From Diplonema japonicum (taxonomy: Eukaryota; Protista; Euglenozoa: Diplonemea): a DNA stretch of 64,000 bases. The position numbers and the translations under genes are program-made. Below the pieces are notes generated by a model, which had not been told where the DNA came from, did no database searches, and worked only from the letters and a program-made list of their open reading frames with translations. The stretch lies in NCBI GenBank assembly GCA_964019335.1, contig OZ025686.1, positions 310,001 through 374,000 on the forward strand, written 5' to 3'. Below, one piece after another: positions 1 through 11,202 of the stretch; the first letter of the stretch is position 1; the number at the start of each line of letters is the position of its first letter.

Positions 1-481
1 CCTCGATGCCACCGGTGGTGGAGAACGCCCAGCAGCTGTGTGGGATGGTGTGTTATTCATCTGGTTATTCGTCTGTCACATACCTCCCGCACTGTGCTTG
101 GTTCTTCACGTGGGTCACGGCACCCTTGGACCTCCAGTCCACCTCGGTGGGTGCACGCAGGCCGGTGCCGTTCCAGGTCGGAGCATCGATCTGTCTGACT
201 TGAAGGTTGTGGTAGACTTTGAACTCAGCGGGGGTCAGGTCGCTGAAGACATTCACCCCGAAGGAGGCACCCATGGTCTGCTCCGCCTCGTAGTCCACAC
301 CTTGCAGAAGGTTCGCGAGGAAGACCTGGTATCTCCTCTCCTCTTCGACAATGGACGCGTACCTCTTGTTGTAGTCTTGCTTGAACACGCTGAACATGGA
401 GCGGGCGTTGCCGCGGATGTACTCCTTGCTCAGACCCTGCACGGTCCCTGCAAGGAGCGCCATGACGATGAGCGACTTCAT
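1..481 (-). CDS. Papain-family (C1A, cathepsin L-like) cysteine protease, 5' part; runs off window start
   Basis: Signal peptide, I29 propeptide (ERFNIN-like, GVNVFSDLT), VDWRSKGAVTHVKNQAQCG. Removing GT-AG intron 36-83 (48 nt) restores the catalytic motif QCGSCWAFSTTGGIE. Confidence 0.93.
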
Positions 482-553
482 GTTAGTTAATGTAGTGTCT
501 GTGGGGGATCGGGAAACATGCTGGAAGGGGACAACACAACAACAAAAAACTGT

Positions 554-1110
554 TTAAAGAAAAGTTTTCGCCCCGCTCCCCGTCGAGTTCACCATAGATA
601 AGGAGTAAAGAAAAGGGGAGGAGGTAAGAGAGGGACTGTTTGGTGGCCAGCGCCACCCCATCAAGATGGTAAAAGTTTCAGTAAACACAAATGTGTTTAC
701 TTCCCCACGGATGCGCCTGGCGATGTTGAGGTCAAGGTGGTTGAGGGTCTGTTTCTTCCTGTGGATCTGCATCATGACAGCTGCCTGGAAAAGCCCGACC
801 ATGTAGCTCTCCGTCGCTTCCTGCATTGCTTCGAGGGCAGAGGGCTTAAAGGAAAGGCCAGTCTTGTAGTTATTCATTGTCTCCCTCACCAGCCTCTGGA
901 AAGGTGCCTTCTGCAGCAGCAGCTTCGAGGTTTTCTGCAGCTTGAAGATCTCACGAAGGGCAACAGTTCCTGGCCTCCACCTCCTTTTCCCTTCGCTGTC
1001 ATCCTTCTTGCTTTTCTTGGACTTTTTCTCTTTCTTGGCCTTCTTCGACTTATTCGTCACGTCTCCTTGGGAGGCTTCCCACCGGTAGACTTGAGGCTAA
1101 AACGGGGCAT
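554..1110 (-). CDS. Divergent histone H3 variant (H3V-like), with an apparent 1-nt frameshift in the tail
   Basis: Histone fold RRWRPGTVALREI...APFQRLVRE...SALEAMQEATESY...ARRIRGE. ATG at 1110 gives MPRFSLKSTGGKPP in a different frame. The 3' end after RGE is uncertain (possible intron). Confidence 0.8.
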
Positions 1111-1849
1111 GTGTACCAGAAACTTTCTGGAGGGGGGAAAAAATGGATTAACGTATTTTATAAAAAAAAGTAATGGAGAAAACAAGTACAGAAAAAAAAA
1201 AAAAAAAAAAAAAAAACAAAAAACAAACAAACAAAACGAGGGTGGTCGAAATTTTCTCTTGTCATCTTTCTTTTTTTTCTTTTTTCGAACACCCCTCCCT
1301 ACCCTTGTCCCTCCATAGTCACATCCTGTGTATTACATACAAACCACACACAAGTTCTTTACTGTTCTTCAGAAAAAAAAGGGGGGAGGGGGCATAAGAG
1401 GGAAAGGTAGAGGGAAAGGGGGAGGGTACAATACAAACAACTAAGAGAGACCTGAATCCCGCTCAACAAAGAACCCCAAAAGAAAATATACGGGTCCCTA
1501 TATGTCCCCCTTTTTATAAAAGAAAAAGAAAAAGAAAACAAAAATGAGAAAGGGGGGGGGTAAAAAAAATGGTAACAACAACTTTTTTCTTTTTTTCTTC
1601 GAGTGAGCAAAATTCCTTTTTTTTTTTTTTTTTTGCTTCAGTTCGCATCTCAGTACTGGGGAACAAACCTTCTTGTAGGACTGTGGGAAAAAGAAAAAAA
1701 TTTCCCCCCTAGATTTTTCTACCCTCATACCTAACACTCCTTGGCTGCCCAAGGGGTGAGTAAGCCGAAGTTGGGGAAGCCAGACTGGTAGTGGAGTAAG
1801 GGTTAACCTACAGATTTTTTTTTCTCCAAAAAGTCAAAATTTATTCCCT

Positions 1850-3049
1850 TTAACAAACCAATGTCTCGTAGTAAGCCTTTGGCTTCGACGCTGTAGAAGG
1901 GTACTGAGTAAGGGCGGCTGTAGTGGATAAGGGGCTCATGGGTGAAGCACCACGTGTGGGTTGCGAAGGGGCACGAGAGGAGCTGTGTTGGGGGGACTGG
2001 GACCTGAGAATTGACTGAAGAGCAGTGCGAGCCTGCTGGAGTTTGACTTCATTCTCAAAACCGGCCCCTGCAGAAGAAACGATTGCATCCTGCGCGCGTT
2101 GGAGCTTCTGCTGCAGCATCTGGACCTCAGCGTCCCTCTCAGCAAGCATGGTCTGCAGCTTGAAGATGGTCCCCTGTGCCTCGTTCTGCCCCCCAGCAGG
2201 GAATGATGTGGGCCTGCCATCCTTAGTTTGCAGCGCCTGGATCTTCCCCTCTGCGTCGTGTAGCTTTGCCTGAAGCTCTTTAATAACCGCCCTGTCCTGG
2301 CTTGAACCCTTCTCCGACACGTTCATCGACGACCTGGACGCACGGCGCTGCACGTTTGCTCTCGCTTTGGTCTCCGCCTCCTCTGCCCGCTTCGTCAGCC
2401 TCTTCACCTCCGCCTCCAAGGACTTTATCCTCTCAGATCTCTTCGCCAGGTCCTGCGTCAGCATCTTGATCTTCACCTCCCCCGACCCAGAACTCATGAG
2501 ACGCTGAAGAGACGCGTTCTGTTGCTCCAGCGAGTGCACCTTCGCCCTCGCGTCCGCCAGCTCGGTCTCGACACTGCGTGCCTCGGGGGGGGTGGTAGGG
2601 GGTGCCACAGGGGTTGCGGCCCTATCCGAGTGGACAGACTCTGCCATTTCCGGAACTGGCTCACGGGGCTCTGATGGGGCAAGGGATGCTGCACTTGCCC
2701 TTGCGGTACCTTGGCTCCTGCCGCTGAGGTGGCTGCCCTGCCTTGTCATTTCTTCAGCGGGAGATGACACTTCAGGGATGGGTGTCCCCGCAGCCGCAGC
2801 TGCTGCTGCCGCGGCGCTCTCTGTGACGGACTCCTTCAAGCTAGCCCTGCTCCCCTGCTTCGACAGACCAGGGCCTTGAGATGCCGTGGAGCCCTGCCTT
2901 GACCTTGCCTTCACACTGTCGGGGGACGTAATAGGTGTCTTGGGAGGAAGGGCAGACGCTGTAGAGCCCTGCCTGGACCTGGCAGGCGTACCTGGGGTGG
3001 GCACAGGGGTGGTCGCTGTGGCAGCTGGTGAGTTGAGATTCTCGCTCAT
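1850..3049 (-). CDS. Ser/Pro-rich and coiled-coil protein, unknown function
   Basis: 399-aa ATG ORF. ARSRQGSTAS occurs twice; C-terminal half is heptad-rich. Confidence 0.75.
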   Translation of the reverse strand: MSENLNSPAATATTPVPTPGTPARSRQGSTASALPPKTPITSPDSVKARSRQGSTASQGPGLSKQGSRASLKESVTESAAAAAAAAAGTPIPEVSSPAEEMTRQGSHLSGRSQGTARASAASLAPSEPREPVPEMAESVHSDRAATPVAPPTTPPEARSVETELADARAKVHSLEQQNASLQRLMSSGSGEVKIKMLTQDLAKRSERIKSLEAEVKRLTKRAEEAETKARANVQRRASRSSMNVSEKGSSQDRAVIKELQAKLHDAEGKIQALQTKDGRPTSFPAGGQNEAQGTIFKLQTMLAERDAEVQMLQQKLQRAQDAIVSSAGAGFENEVKLQQARTALQSILRSQSPQHSSSRAPSQPTRGASPMSPLSTTAALTQYPSTASKPKAYYETLVC

Positions 3050-3197
3050 TGTTCGTTTGTTTGTTTAGCTTCCCTGAGCTGCGTGATGTGCTGCACAACC
3101 CTTTGTGCCAGATACTTAAAATACTAATGTAGTGTAAGCACCCATGGGCCTTGTTTTTTTTTTTTTTTTTTTCCTTTCCCTTTTGTAAAAGGGTAGC

Positions 3198-3464
3198 CTA
3201 CAGGTTGGGGTAAGTGGGGTTCCCAGGGAGGACTAGCTGCCTGGGGTTCTTGTGGTTCAAAGTCGCGTTGCGGTCCTGTGTGTTGTTGTGGTTCTTCCCC
3301 CCTTCCCCCCCAAGAAAACAAAAACACACCTCAATCTCGTAGTTAAACTTTGCAGTCCCAACAGCAGCACCAGAGCCGTACCTGGCGTGGCTCCCCCAGT
3401 TCCCACCGTGCTGCTGTGTGCCGTCGAACACACTCAGGGGCTTCATCAGGCCGTTGGCGGGCAT
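3198..3464 (-). CDS. Small (~70 aa) unknown protein, copy 1
   Basis: ATG ORF with putative in-frame intron 3276-3329 (GTGTGT...CACAG). Identical coding copy at 22467-22733 with a different stop codon (TAG vs TGA). Confidence 0.7.
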   Translation of the reverse strand: MPANGLMKPLSVFDGTQQHGGNWGSHARYGSGAAVGTAKFNYEIEVCFCFLGGEGGKNHNNTQDRNATLNHKNPRQLVLPGNPTYPNL

Positions 3465-3719
3465 TTTGGTTTTCTTTTGGGGTTTTTTTTAATAGTGTAT
3501 CTACTTAATGCATTCATCTTCTTTACAAAAAAAAAGACAAGAAAACTGGCAAACGTAAGGGGGCGAGGCGGGGAGGGGGGGGGGGGGGGGGGTAACAAAC
3601 CAAAAAAAAAAAAAAAAACAGACTCAACTGATAGTTCGTCCCCCTTTTTTTGAATTTATTTTTTTTTTGTTGTTCATGTTCTCACGCACAGGGATGTTTT
3701 TATCGCTTCCGTTTCGTTC

Positions 3720-4997
3720 TCACAGTTCGACCGTTTTGGACGCAGCTGTGTTGCGCTCTATCTCTTGGACGGACTCCATGGCCATGTCGGCGGTCTGCTG
3801 CAGGTTCCCGATGTTGGCCCACACAGACGAAAGGTGCCGTTTCTGTTCCAACTCCGCGGGGCTCGGTTTGGAGTACGAATCCAACATCTCTACAAGACTC
3901 GACTTCCTCTCCCGAAAGGCCGCATTCTGCACCAAATAATCATTCGGGTGCGGGTTAGGCGTTGCAGTGAAATCCCTCTCCGCCGTTTCAAGCTGCTGGA
4001 AAAAGCTCGCGGTCGACTGCATGAGCTCGGGACCCGACAGTTTCTTGAACATCGCGTCGTTCTGAGCATATTTCTTCCTGACAGCCATAAGAGCCAAGAT
4101 CACACCCATGAAGACGACAAATACCACACCACAGCCTATAAGCAACATAAGAGTCAACAAATCATTATCACTCTTGCTACCATTACACACTGGCATTACA
4201 CCCACAGTGATGTTAACAGAAGGAGACAGACAAGAACAGATAAAATCGCCTTTCACGGTGAGACGAGGGTCACGGCACTCAGCCTTGACTCCACAGGGCG
4301 CGAGGCGACACTCATCTTCACCTACGAACTCAGTACAGTTGACGTTCACCTCATCGTCATAGAACGACATAATAAAGGAAGTTGTGAGGTCCAGTGAGTA
4401 ATCGGTGTATGTGTTGATCTCACGGGGAGCGGTTACTACAGAAGAGTTTAATGATGGTAGAGGTGAGCTTTCTGATGGGTTGCAGGTGTCGTTAAGCCAG
4501 GTCGCGATGTCACGGGAAGTACCTAGGTTCTCGATCACTGTTAGAAATTCAGAGTTTGGTGAAAATTGTGTAATGGTCACCCGTAAGTTGGAGCTTGGTG
4601 TTGCGGTGAGAACCAGTGGGGGTACAGGGATGTCAGGCATTATGTCGGCGCATGTTTTTCCTATCCACACTCCGCGGCCCATGACACTGTCGGTGCCTTT
4701 TAACGGGAGGTACACAGTGTCGTTGGCGGGGATGACACCTGCGGCGCCGCTTTGTCCCCCGAATTCGAAGCCTTCTGGGTTGTTGAACCTGCATGGGAGC
4801 TTGCTTACTATCATCTCGCCCTCCCACCCGACTACCCGCACCTCGTTTTCCTCTCCGGTCAGCTGGAATTTTATCGTCCCGAGGTCTTCAAACACCGCCT
4901 TGCTGTTCCATGGGCCCACGCTTTGACAGCGGCCGCTGTTCGCGAACAGCAGAAAAACTAACACGATTGGGATCGCTGTGCGATTCATGGTTGGCAT
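3720..4997 (-). CDS. Type I membrane protein with EGF-like domain
   Basis: Signal peptide, EGF-like DECRLAPCGVKAEC...FICSC...C, TM helix LLTLMLLIGCGVVFVVFMGVILALMAV followed by RKK. Confidence 0.8.
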   Translation of the reverse strand: MPTMNRTAIPIVLVFLLFANSGRCQSVGPWNSKAVFEDLGTIKFQLTGEENEVRVVGWEGEMIVSKLPCRFNNPEGFEFGGQSGAAGVIPANDTVYLPLKGTDSVMGRGVWIGKTCADIMPDIPVPPLVLTATPSSNLRVTITQFSPNSEFLTVIENLGTSRDIATWLNDTCNPSESSPLPSLNSSVVTAPREINTYTDYSLDLTTSFIMSFYDDEVNVNCTEFVGEDECRLAPCGVKAECRDPRLTVKGDFICSCLSPSVNITVGVMPVCNGSKSDNDLLTLMLLIGCGVVFVVFMGVILALMAVRKKYAQNDAMFKKLSGPELMQSTASFFQQLETAERDFTATPNPHPNDYLVQNAAFRERKSSLVEMLDSYSKPSPAELEQKRHLSSVWANIGNLQQTADMAMESVQEIERNTAASKTVEL

Positions 4998-5247
4998 TGC
5001 ATTTTTTTCCCCCTTTCTTTTTTTTTTTCCCCCCCCTTATCCTTGGAGGAAAACTAGGAGGGAAACAAAAGGGGGAAACAAAAAAAAAGGGGGTAAAACT
5101 GTTTTAAAAAAACAAAAACAAAAACAAAAAATGCACTGTAACTTTTCCTTTGCGGGATTTTTTTTCTTTTTTTTTTTTTTTTTTTGGAAAAAAAAAAAAA
5201 AAAAAAAAAGACAAAAAACAAAAACAAAACCCCCCGTCCAAAAATCT

Positions 5248-6313
5248 TTAAACAGCGGACCTTGCAGTGTGAGCCGTCGCGGGACGTTGTTTTTTCCTCC
5301 CTGCAGTGGAGGCGGACACATAAGACGAAGCAGGTGGCGTGGGGACGGGCTCGGCCTCTGTTTCCCGCACCTTTTCCGCAGCCTCGTGACATCTCTTGGC
5401 GAGCATCCCCGCGTAGTTGTTGTTATAATTTTGAAAGTTTACAGTGGGCTGGTACGAAGCCGCTGTCTGTGACATCATCGTCCCCTTGAGATGCCCATCG
5501 AGCAGATTTCCCCAAGGGGCACGACACCCAGTGCCTCGACTAGAGAACACACGCGGAGACGCCACATTAGGAATAGGCTTGGCTGACCCGAAAAATGCAT
5601 CATACGTGGTCCCCTTATTGTTTGCAGATTGAAGCGTTTTCGGCTTTACAACAGGGCGACCGCATGTTGTAGAGGCCATTGCTCGGCTGCCTACATCAGA
5701 GTCTTCAACAACGTGGGGTAGGCTACTTGATACTAAGGATGCCTTGGGGGTGGGTTGACCTTTGGAGGATTTTTTTTTGACGCCCATCGATTTGTTGGCT
5801 ACTCCTATATTACGTAGATGGATGTGCTCTGCGGTGTTGTGGATCCCCTCTACCGTATACGTTGTTTTGTAGTCGGAGATCCCATTGAACAACCTTAGTG
5901 GTTTTATCTTGCCAAAGATTTCGCGGAACATCTGCCTTTCGGTCTCGCCAGACATTGCCAGCCACAGCGCCACCAGTTTCCTGTACTCCTTTGCGACGTG
6001 CTCGCCGCCGTGTTTTTTCATTATGACCCTTGCCTTTAGCATGTTTTCTTCGTCCGCCTTCTTCATCACTGTCCTGTTCTCGGGCAGCATCACGGCGCGC
6101 ACCACGGTTTTAAACTTCGCTCTCTGCTGTGCAGTGGAGTAGTTGTTGTACCAGTTTTCTACGGACACACGATGTTCTTCGGCGATGAACCGTTTGTATT
6201 TTCCCTTTTTTTTTGTATATTGTCATATATATTCATACCTGTAGCAAGTGGTAAGTGCTGGTAGGGGCACCAACTTCGACTGTCACGTTCAAGTGGTTTA
6301 TCTGGTCGGCCAT
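5248..6313 (-). CDS. Hypothetical protein (2 exons)
   Basis: Exon 1 6313-6239 (MADQINH...LLQ) joins the 5248-6204 ORF in frame after removal of a 34-nt GTATG...AAG intron (6205-6238). Confidence 0.65.
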
Positions 6314-6657
6314 TGCCCCCTCCCGTCCTTTTTTTTTTTTTGAATTTGTTTTCCAAAACGGGGCAGGGGGGCGGGTGTTTTCTTTTTTTTTTTTTTCTTT
6401 AAGAGCCCCAAAAAAATCGTTTTTTTTTTTAACACATGTGGCAGGATTATATTTGCTTCAGACAATCACCAAAAATCGTCAAAAAAAAAACCCCCCCTGG
6501 AAAAAAAAACACTGCTAACATTCAAACAAGGAAAATGAACACGAAAAAATACACAGGGTAAGGGAGGGGGTCCTACGTTCGATCAAATATCAATACAGAA
6601 ATTTTAAAAAAAAGGGGGGGGGGAAACAACTCTAATCTATCTTTTTATTTTTAACTT

Positions 6658-7239
6658 TCAACTCCCCACCCACCGCACTATCGATAACATGGAAGAGGTG
6701 GTTGAGGCAGAGTTCCCTGACGACGCTGACCCACTGCGCGGTTCCACACCGTAGTAGGAAGGGCAAGGCGAAACAGCTGAAGAAAAAGGTGTAGGGGGGT
6801 AATGCCGTAATGGCCCTTTGAGAGGCGGTGCAAATGCAGAGACACCAACACCAAGAGGCACACGTGGGGAGGAGGAAGAAGGTAGAGAACTGCTTTCCCT
6901 GTATTGGGGATTGGGTTCCCTTTTGTAGTAAAATAATTTTGTCCAAAACAGCTTTAGATACGCCCTCTCTACTAGTTTTTCTCGGTGCAGGGCGGCCCGA
7001 GTAGCATATTTTGCTATTCCTGCGTTTAGTTTTAAACTCCTTTCCAATTCTCCTTCGACCATCTCCAGCATCTCACCAGACCGTCTCTTCTCTGTCTCCG
7101 CTCGGGTTTTGTCTTCTTCTTTCTCCTCCTCCATTACCCGCAGCATCTCTTTCAATCTTTGGCACTCCATCTCCTTCCTTTCGATTTCATAGCACAGTTC
7201 ATCGATATTTTCTCTTATCTTTTCAGGATCGACCCACAT
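6658..7239 (-). CDS. Coiled-coil protein, unknown function
   Basis: 193-aa ATG ORF with E/K/R-rich helical N-terminal half and Ser/Pro-rich tail. Confidence 0.6.
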   Translation of the reverse strand: MWVDPEKIRENIDELCYEIERKEMECQRLKEMLRVMEEEKEEDKTRAETEKRRSGEMLEMVEGELERSLKLNAGIAKYATRAALHREKLVERAYLKLFWTKLFYYKREPNPQYRESSSLPSSSSPRVPLGVGVSAFAPPLKGPLRHYPPTPFSSAVSPCPSYYGVEPRSGSASSGNSASTTSSMLSIVRWVGS

Positions 7240-7590
7240 TTACCTTAAAAAAAAAAGAAAACCCCCCTCCCCCACCCACTCTCACCTTCTTTTCTTGAGT
7301 TTGCTCCAGAAGGAAGGTTTATGTGATTACCAATTAACAACAGGAAAAAGAGGAGGGTAAAAGAAAGAAAGCGAGAAAAAAAAGGGGGGGGTGAGGTGCT
7401 ACAAACATAATGGTAGAGGGTGGGAGGGGGAAGATACAGGGATAAGATAGAAGAAAGAAGAAAAATACAATATTTATTTCGGGGGGGGGGGTGGAAACTT
7501 AGACAACCTAGGGGGCAAAAGTAATAGAAAGATACGGGAATGGAAAATACAATGGGTGTCTACATGTCAAGAGAAGAGAGCAGGGCGGGT

Positions 7591-8557
7591 TCACATCCTG
7601 TCGTAATGGTGGAGGGAATGCTGGTCCCTCAGTGCAGAGATGGCGGAGTGGTGCTCGTAGCCACGGCTTGAAAGAGGAGGAACCACGGCAGCCGAAGCAG
7701 AGGCGATGGGAATGGACGAAATGGGCACAGCAGAGATGGGCACAGCAGAGATGGCGGGAGACGTACCTGCACCAGTGACCTGGACTCTTCCAGGGCTGCC
7801 CGACCTGGCTGTCCTGCCAGTGAAGCTTTGGAAGTCGGTCCTGAGTTTCATCTCCTTGGTCTCGAGACTGTCCCTCTGTTCCCTGAGACGGACCTCCTGC
7901 TCCAAGAGAGGCTTCTCGTCGTCGTCCACAGACCTGCGGCGGGACCCGAAGTCGATGTTTTCCTGTTCCAGCTGTGACACGGTCCTCTCCTGTGAATCCA
8001 CAGCCTGTCCCGCATTTATCTCCTCCGTCTTCCTCAAGGACTCCTTTTCTTGCGCCGACGCCAGCTCCCTCTGGTCTACGTCCTTCTGCGCGAGCTGCCT
8101 CGCAACGTCGTTCGCTGCGTCGCGCAGGGCCGCCGCCGCCGCACGCTCCCTCTCCTGCCTCGCTGCCACCTCCGTCTCCGCATCCGCCGCCCTGTCCGCT
8201 GCGAGGTGCACCTCCCGCCTCGCCTCGTTCTCTCCCATCATCGCGTCCTGCTCCTTCGCCTGTGCTTGGGAGAGGTCCCCACGCATCCTCTCTGCGTTCG
8301 TCCTCTGCACATCCACCTCCCTGTGCTGCTCCTGCAGGAGCCTCTCGATCTCCCTCAACCTCTCCTCCGCCTTCGCCACCTCCTGCTCCTGTGTCTGCAG
8401 GCGGCGCGACGCCACCTCGACAGCCCTCTGCGCCTCCGCGAGCTCCAGCTGGCGCTGCCTCTCCCTGTCCTTCGCCCTGTTCAGGTCTGCCATCCTCTCC
8501 CTCAGGTCTGCTCTTGCCCTTTCTGTGTCTTCGTGGGCGTTGTCCAATGCGCTCTGC

Positions 8558-8591
<34 letters not shown>

Positions 8592-9123
8592 CCCTTCTTC
8601 TTAAATACCTTTGCTGCCTGCTCACGAGCCTGTGCATCCGCCACTACCTGCAGCTGGGTTTGGAGCTTGTGCTCAGCAGCATCGGTGTCCGATTGGGCTT
8701 GAGCGTGTGCCGTGCGAGCCGCCGCCTCCCTCTGCCTCAGCTCGTCCAGAAGCCTCTTCGCCGCCTCGATGGCGTCTCTCTGCGCGTTCTCTGTCCAGAA
8801 GTCCTTCGCGCGGTAGTACAGGCAGTCGATCATCGTGGGGTACAGTTCACCGAACCTCTGGAACTCCCCCAGCGTGATCACCTTGTCGCTGTTCGCATCC
8901 GCCTTCTCAAACAAGTCGTTCACAGTCGCAGACGAGAACCCCACGTTCAGCTTCCTGAACTGTGCAACGAAGCTCTCCAGGTCGATGGAGCGGCACTTCC
9001 TCGAATCGAAGTCGTCGAAAAGGCGGCGCACCTGTGTTGTGTTGTGTTGTGTTGTTGCTGGTTCTGCTTGCTGCACACCTTTTCGTCATGGTTGATGTGG
9101 TCGGGCCAGTTTGTCAGCGACAT
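7591..9123 (-). CDS. EF-hand plus long coiled-coil protein, paralog A (3 exons)
   Basis: MSLTNWPDHINHDEK, intron 9032-9078, VRRLFDDFD...DANSDKVITLGEF (EF-hand), intron 8554-8608, then coiled coil. Confidence 0.85.
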
Positions 9124-9284
9124 TGTCTTCGGTTCCAAGGCTCCTGAGGTGGAAATACATTCAAATAAAGCAACAGGAGGGGGAAACAAATGCTGCGGGT
9201 TCCAGTGGGCGAGGAGAAATAAAATTTGCCCCACTAAAAAAAGAAAAGATTTCCCAGTATTCTCCCACCCCGGCCCATTACCAA

Positions 9285-9527
9285 GTTAGTATTCCAGAGT
9301 TAACACTGCTGGTTTGCGGAGGTAAAGGGGAGAAAGACGACTTTGTACCATGAAACCTCCCCACAGAATAGTGCTTGGGGAAGGGTAGCAGGAGTGGGAC
9401 CCAAGACATAAATAAATGCTGTTCCCTTTGTCTCCCTTCCTTCCAGGACGTTTCTTTGCTTGGTTTATTCGTTTCTCTTTACCCCCCCTTTTTTTTAATA
9501 ATATTCTCCAAGAAGAACAAACAAGAG

Positions 9528-9560
<33 letters not shown>

Positions 9561-10330
9561 GTATTACTTTTGGTGTCCTTTTTTTTTCCCTTCGAGATAA
9601 GGTTTAAGCCTTGTAGACGGAGAAGACACCCTCCTTCTTTGCGTAGTGGGCCTTCACCACCGGGATGTTTGCAATCTTCTTGGTGTGTGCGGTGATGTTC
9701 TTGAAGGGGGCGAGGCAGTCGGTGGGGTAGCCGTCGAACTGCCCGCTCCTGAAGATGTTGGGCCAGGCGAAGACAGCGGCGTCGGCGAGGGTGAGGTGGT
9801 CCCCGACTGCGAACCCGGAGGGGTTCTTCCCGATCAACTCGTCGATGAAGGTAAGCCACTTGAAGGCGTCGCCGCCCTCCGCCACAGAGGCTGCCCTGAA
9901 GGCCTCCCTCTCAGCTCCCTCGGGGACACCGAAGCTCTTGATGAGGGGACCGAACACCTCTCCAACCATGTCCACCATCTCGTCCACGCGGAGGGCAGCA
10001 AGCGGGCACTCCGGGTACAGGGGCTTCCCCTCGAACGAAGACTTCTTCGCCGCCCACCTCGCCATCGCCACGCTCTGCGACACCTGCACACCGTCCAACT
10101 CCATCAGAGGAAGCTGCTTGGGGGCAACCGTCGGCTTCATCTTCCCCCACGACTCCCCCGTCACGATCTCATCCTCGAAGGGCACTCCCCCGACCATCAG
10201 GCAGAACCGGGTCGGCTCCAACCTCCCCGCAATGTCGAAGTAGGTGAGCTTCACAGACGGCATTGTTTTGTTTTTTTTGTTTTTAAAGTGTGTAGAACAA
10301 GCTTCAGGGGTGATGTAGAGGGTGTGGGAT
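9285..10330. repeat. ~1 kb direct repeat (GST CDS plus 3' flank), copy 1
   Basis: Matches 18366-19410 at constant offset 9081 with no difference seen through the 3' flank and CDS; the 5' flank diverges. Confidence 0.92.
9604..10263 (-). CDS. Glutathione S-transferase (sigma-like), copy 1
   Basis: KLTYFDIAGRLEPTR, KQLPLMELDGVQVSQSVAMARW, GFAVGDHLTLADAAVF. Confidence 0.93.
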   Translation of the reverse strand: MPSVKLTYFDIAGRLEPTRFCLMVGGVPFEDEIVTGESWGKMKPTVAPKQLPLMELDGVQVSQSVAMARWAAKKSSFEGKPLYPECPLAALRVDEMVDMVGEVFGPLIKSFGVPEGAEREAFRAASVAEGGDAFKWLTFIDELIGKNPSGFAVGDHLTLADAAVFAWPNIFRSGQFDGYPTDCLAPFKNITAHTKKIANIPVVKAHYAKKEGVFSVYKA

Positions 10331-10996
10331 GTAAAAAGAATAAATTTGTCAAAGAGAGGAAGAGAGCTGGTAATCAAGAAAGGAAGAAAAAAAAAAGGGG
10401 TAACAAAAGAGCATTCCAAAAAAAGAGACCCGGGGCCTGACTCAACAGAAGCGACAGAGGAGCAGTAGGAAACGGAGGGAAACCTTGTTTTCTTTTCTTT
10501 CGCTCAAGCTGTAATGACAAGAGGTGGAAAGCCCCACAAGTTAGTCCACACCCCTCGCTGTTTACCCTTCAGGTTTCTGTCTGTTTCTCTTTACTCCTGT
10601 TTTACTTGCCCACAACATGGGGGTCCCTTCAGAGTTTGAAGGGCTTATTTGTTTTTCCTTTAAAAATTAGAGATAGGAAGAAAGGAAGAGTATTTCTTCG
10701 GCCCAAAAAATGAATGGGAAGAAGAAGTGAATTTATTGCTATTGGCCGCCATGGCGGCTTCCTCAGTAACTTGTACTGGAGGTGACTAGCGCGGTTAGCA
10801 AGGACACAGTGATGAGACAGCTGGTGTTCCTTGAAATGATGAAAATAGAACTAGTGCAACTTTTTAAAAAAATTGGTCGTCTACGGGATTCCCTCCAAGA
10901 TGAGCGGGAAGAGGTGAACATTTTGGCATACAAGATGCAAGCCAAAATAAGAATAATAAAAGAAAAACGCACCAAAAGAAATGAATTCTTAAGGCA

Positions 10997-11048
<52 letters not shown>

Positions 11049-11202
11049 GAAATAAAACTGTCCAAGAACATAATTCTTTCGTTTTCTCTCTTCTCTTTCT
11101 TTCTTTCTTCACAGCCATTAAGCTAAAATAGAATGAGTTAAGTTGTTTCAAAGAAAACTTAGATTGATCCCGTTCTTTCGGGGGGGGGGGGTTTTTTTTC
11201 TT

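Noticed and set aside
1800-1812. GGTTAACC palindrome recurring at ~1802, 22926 and 62503
   Set aside because: Three hits are too few to separate from chance without genome-wide counts.
4640-4730. Cu/Zn SOD-like string (LPLKGTDSVMGRGVWI) in the EGF membrane protein
   Set aside because: No metal-binding histidines; the similarity is too short to call a domain.
10782-11046. Plus-strand 73-aa ORF followed by poly(A), possible retrocopy
   Set aside because: No ATG-led recognisable product, no TSD, and A-runs are ubiquitous in this genome.
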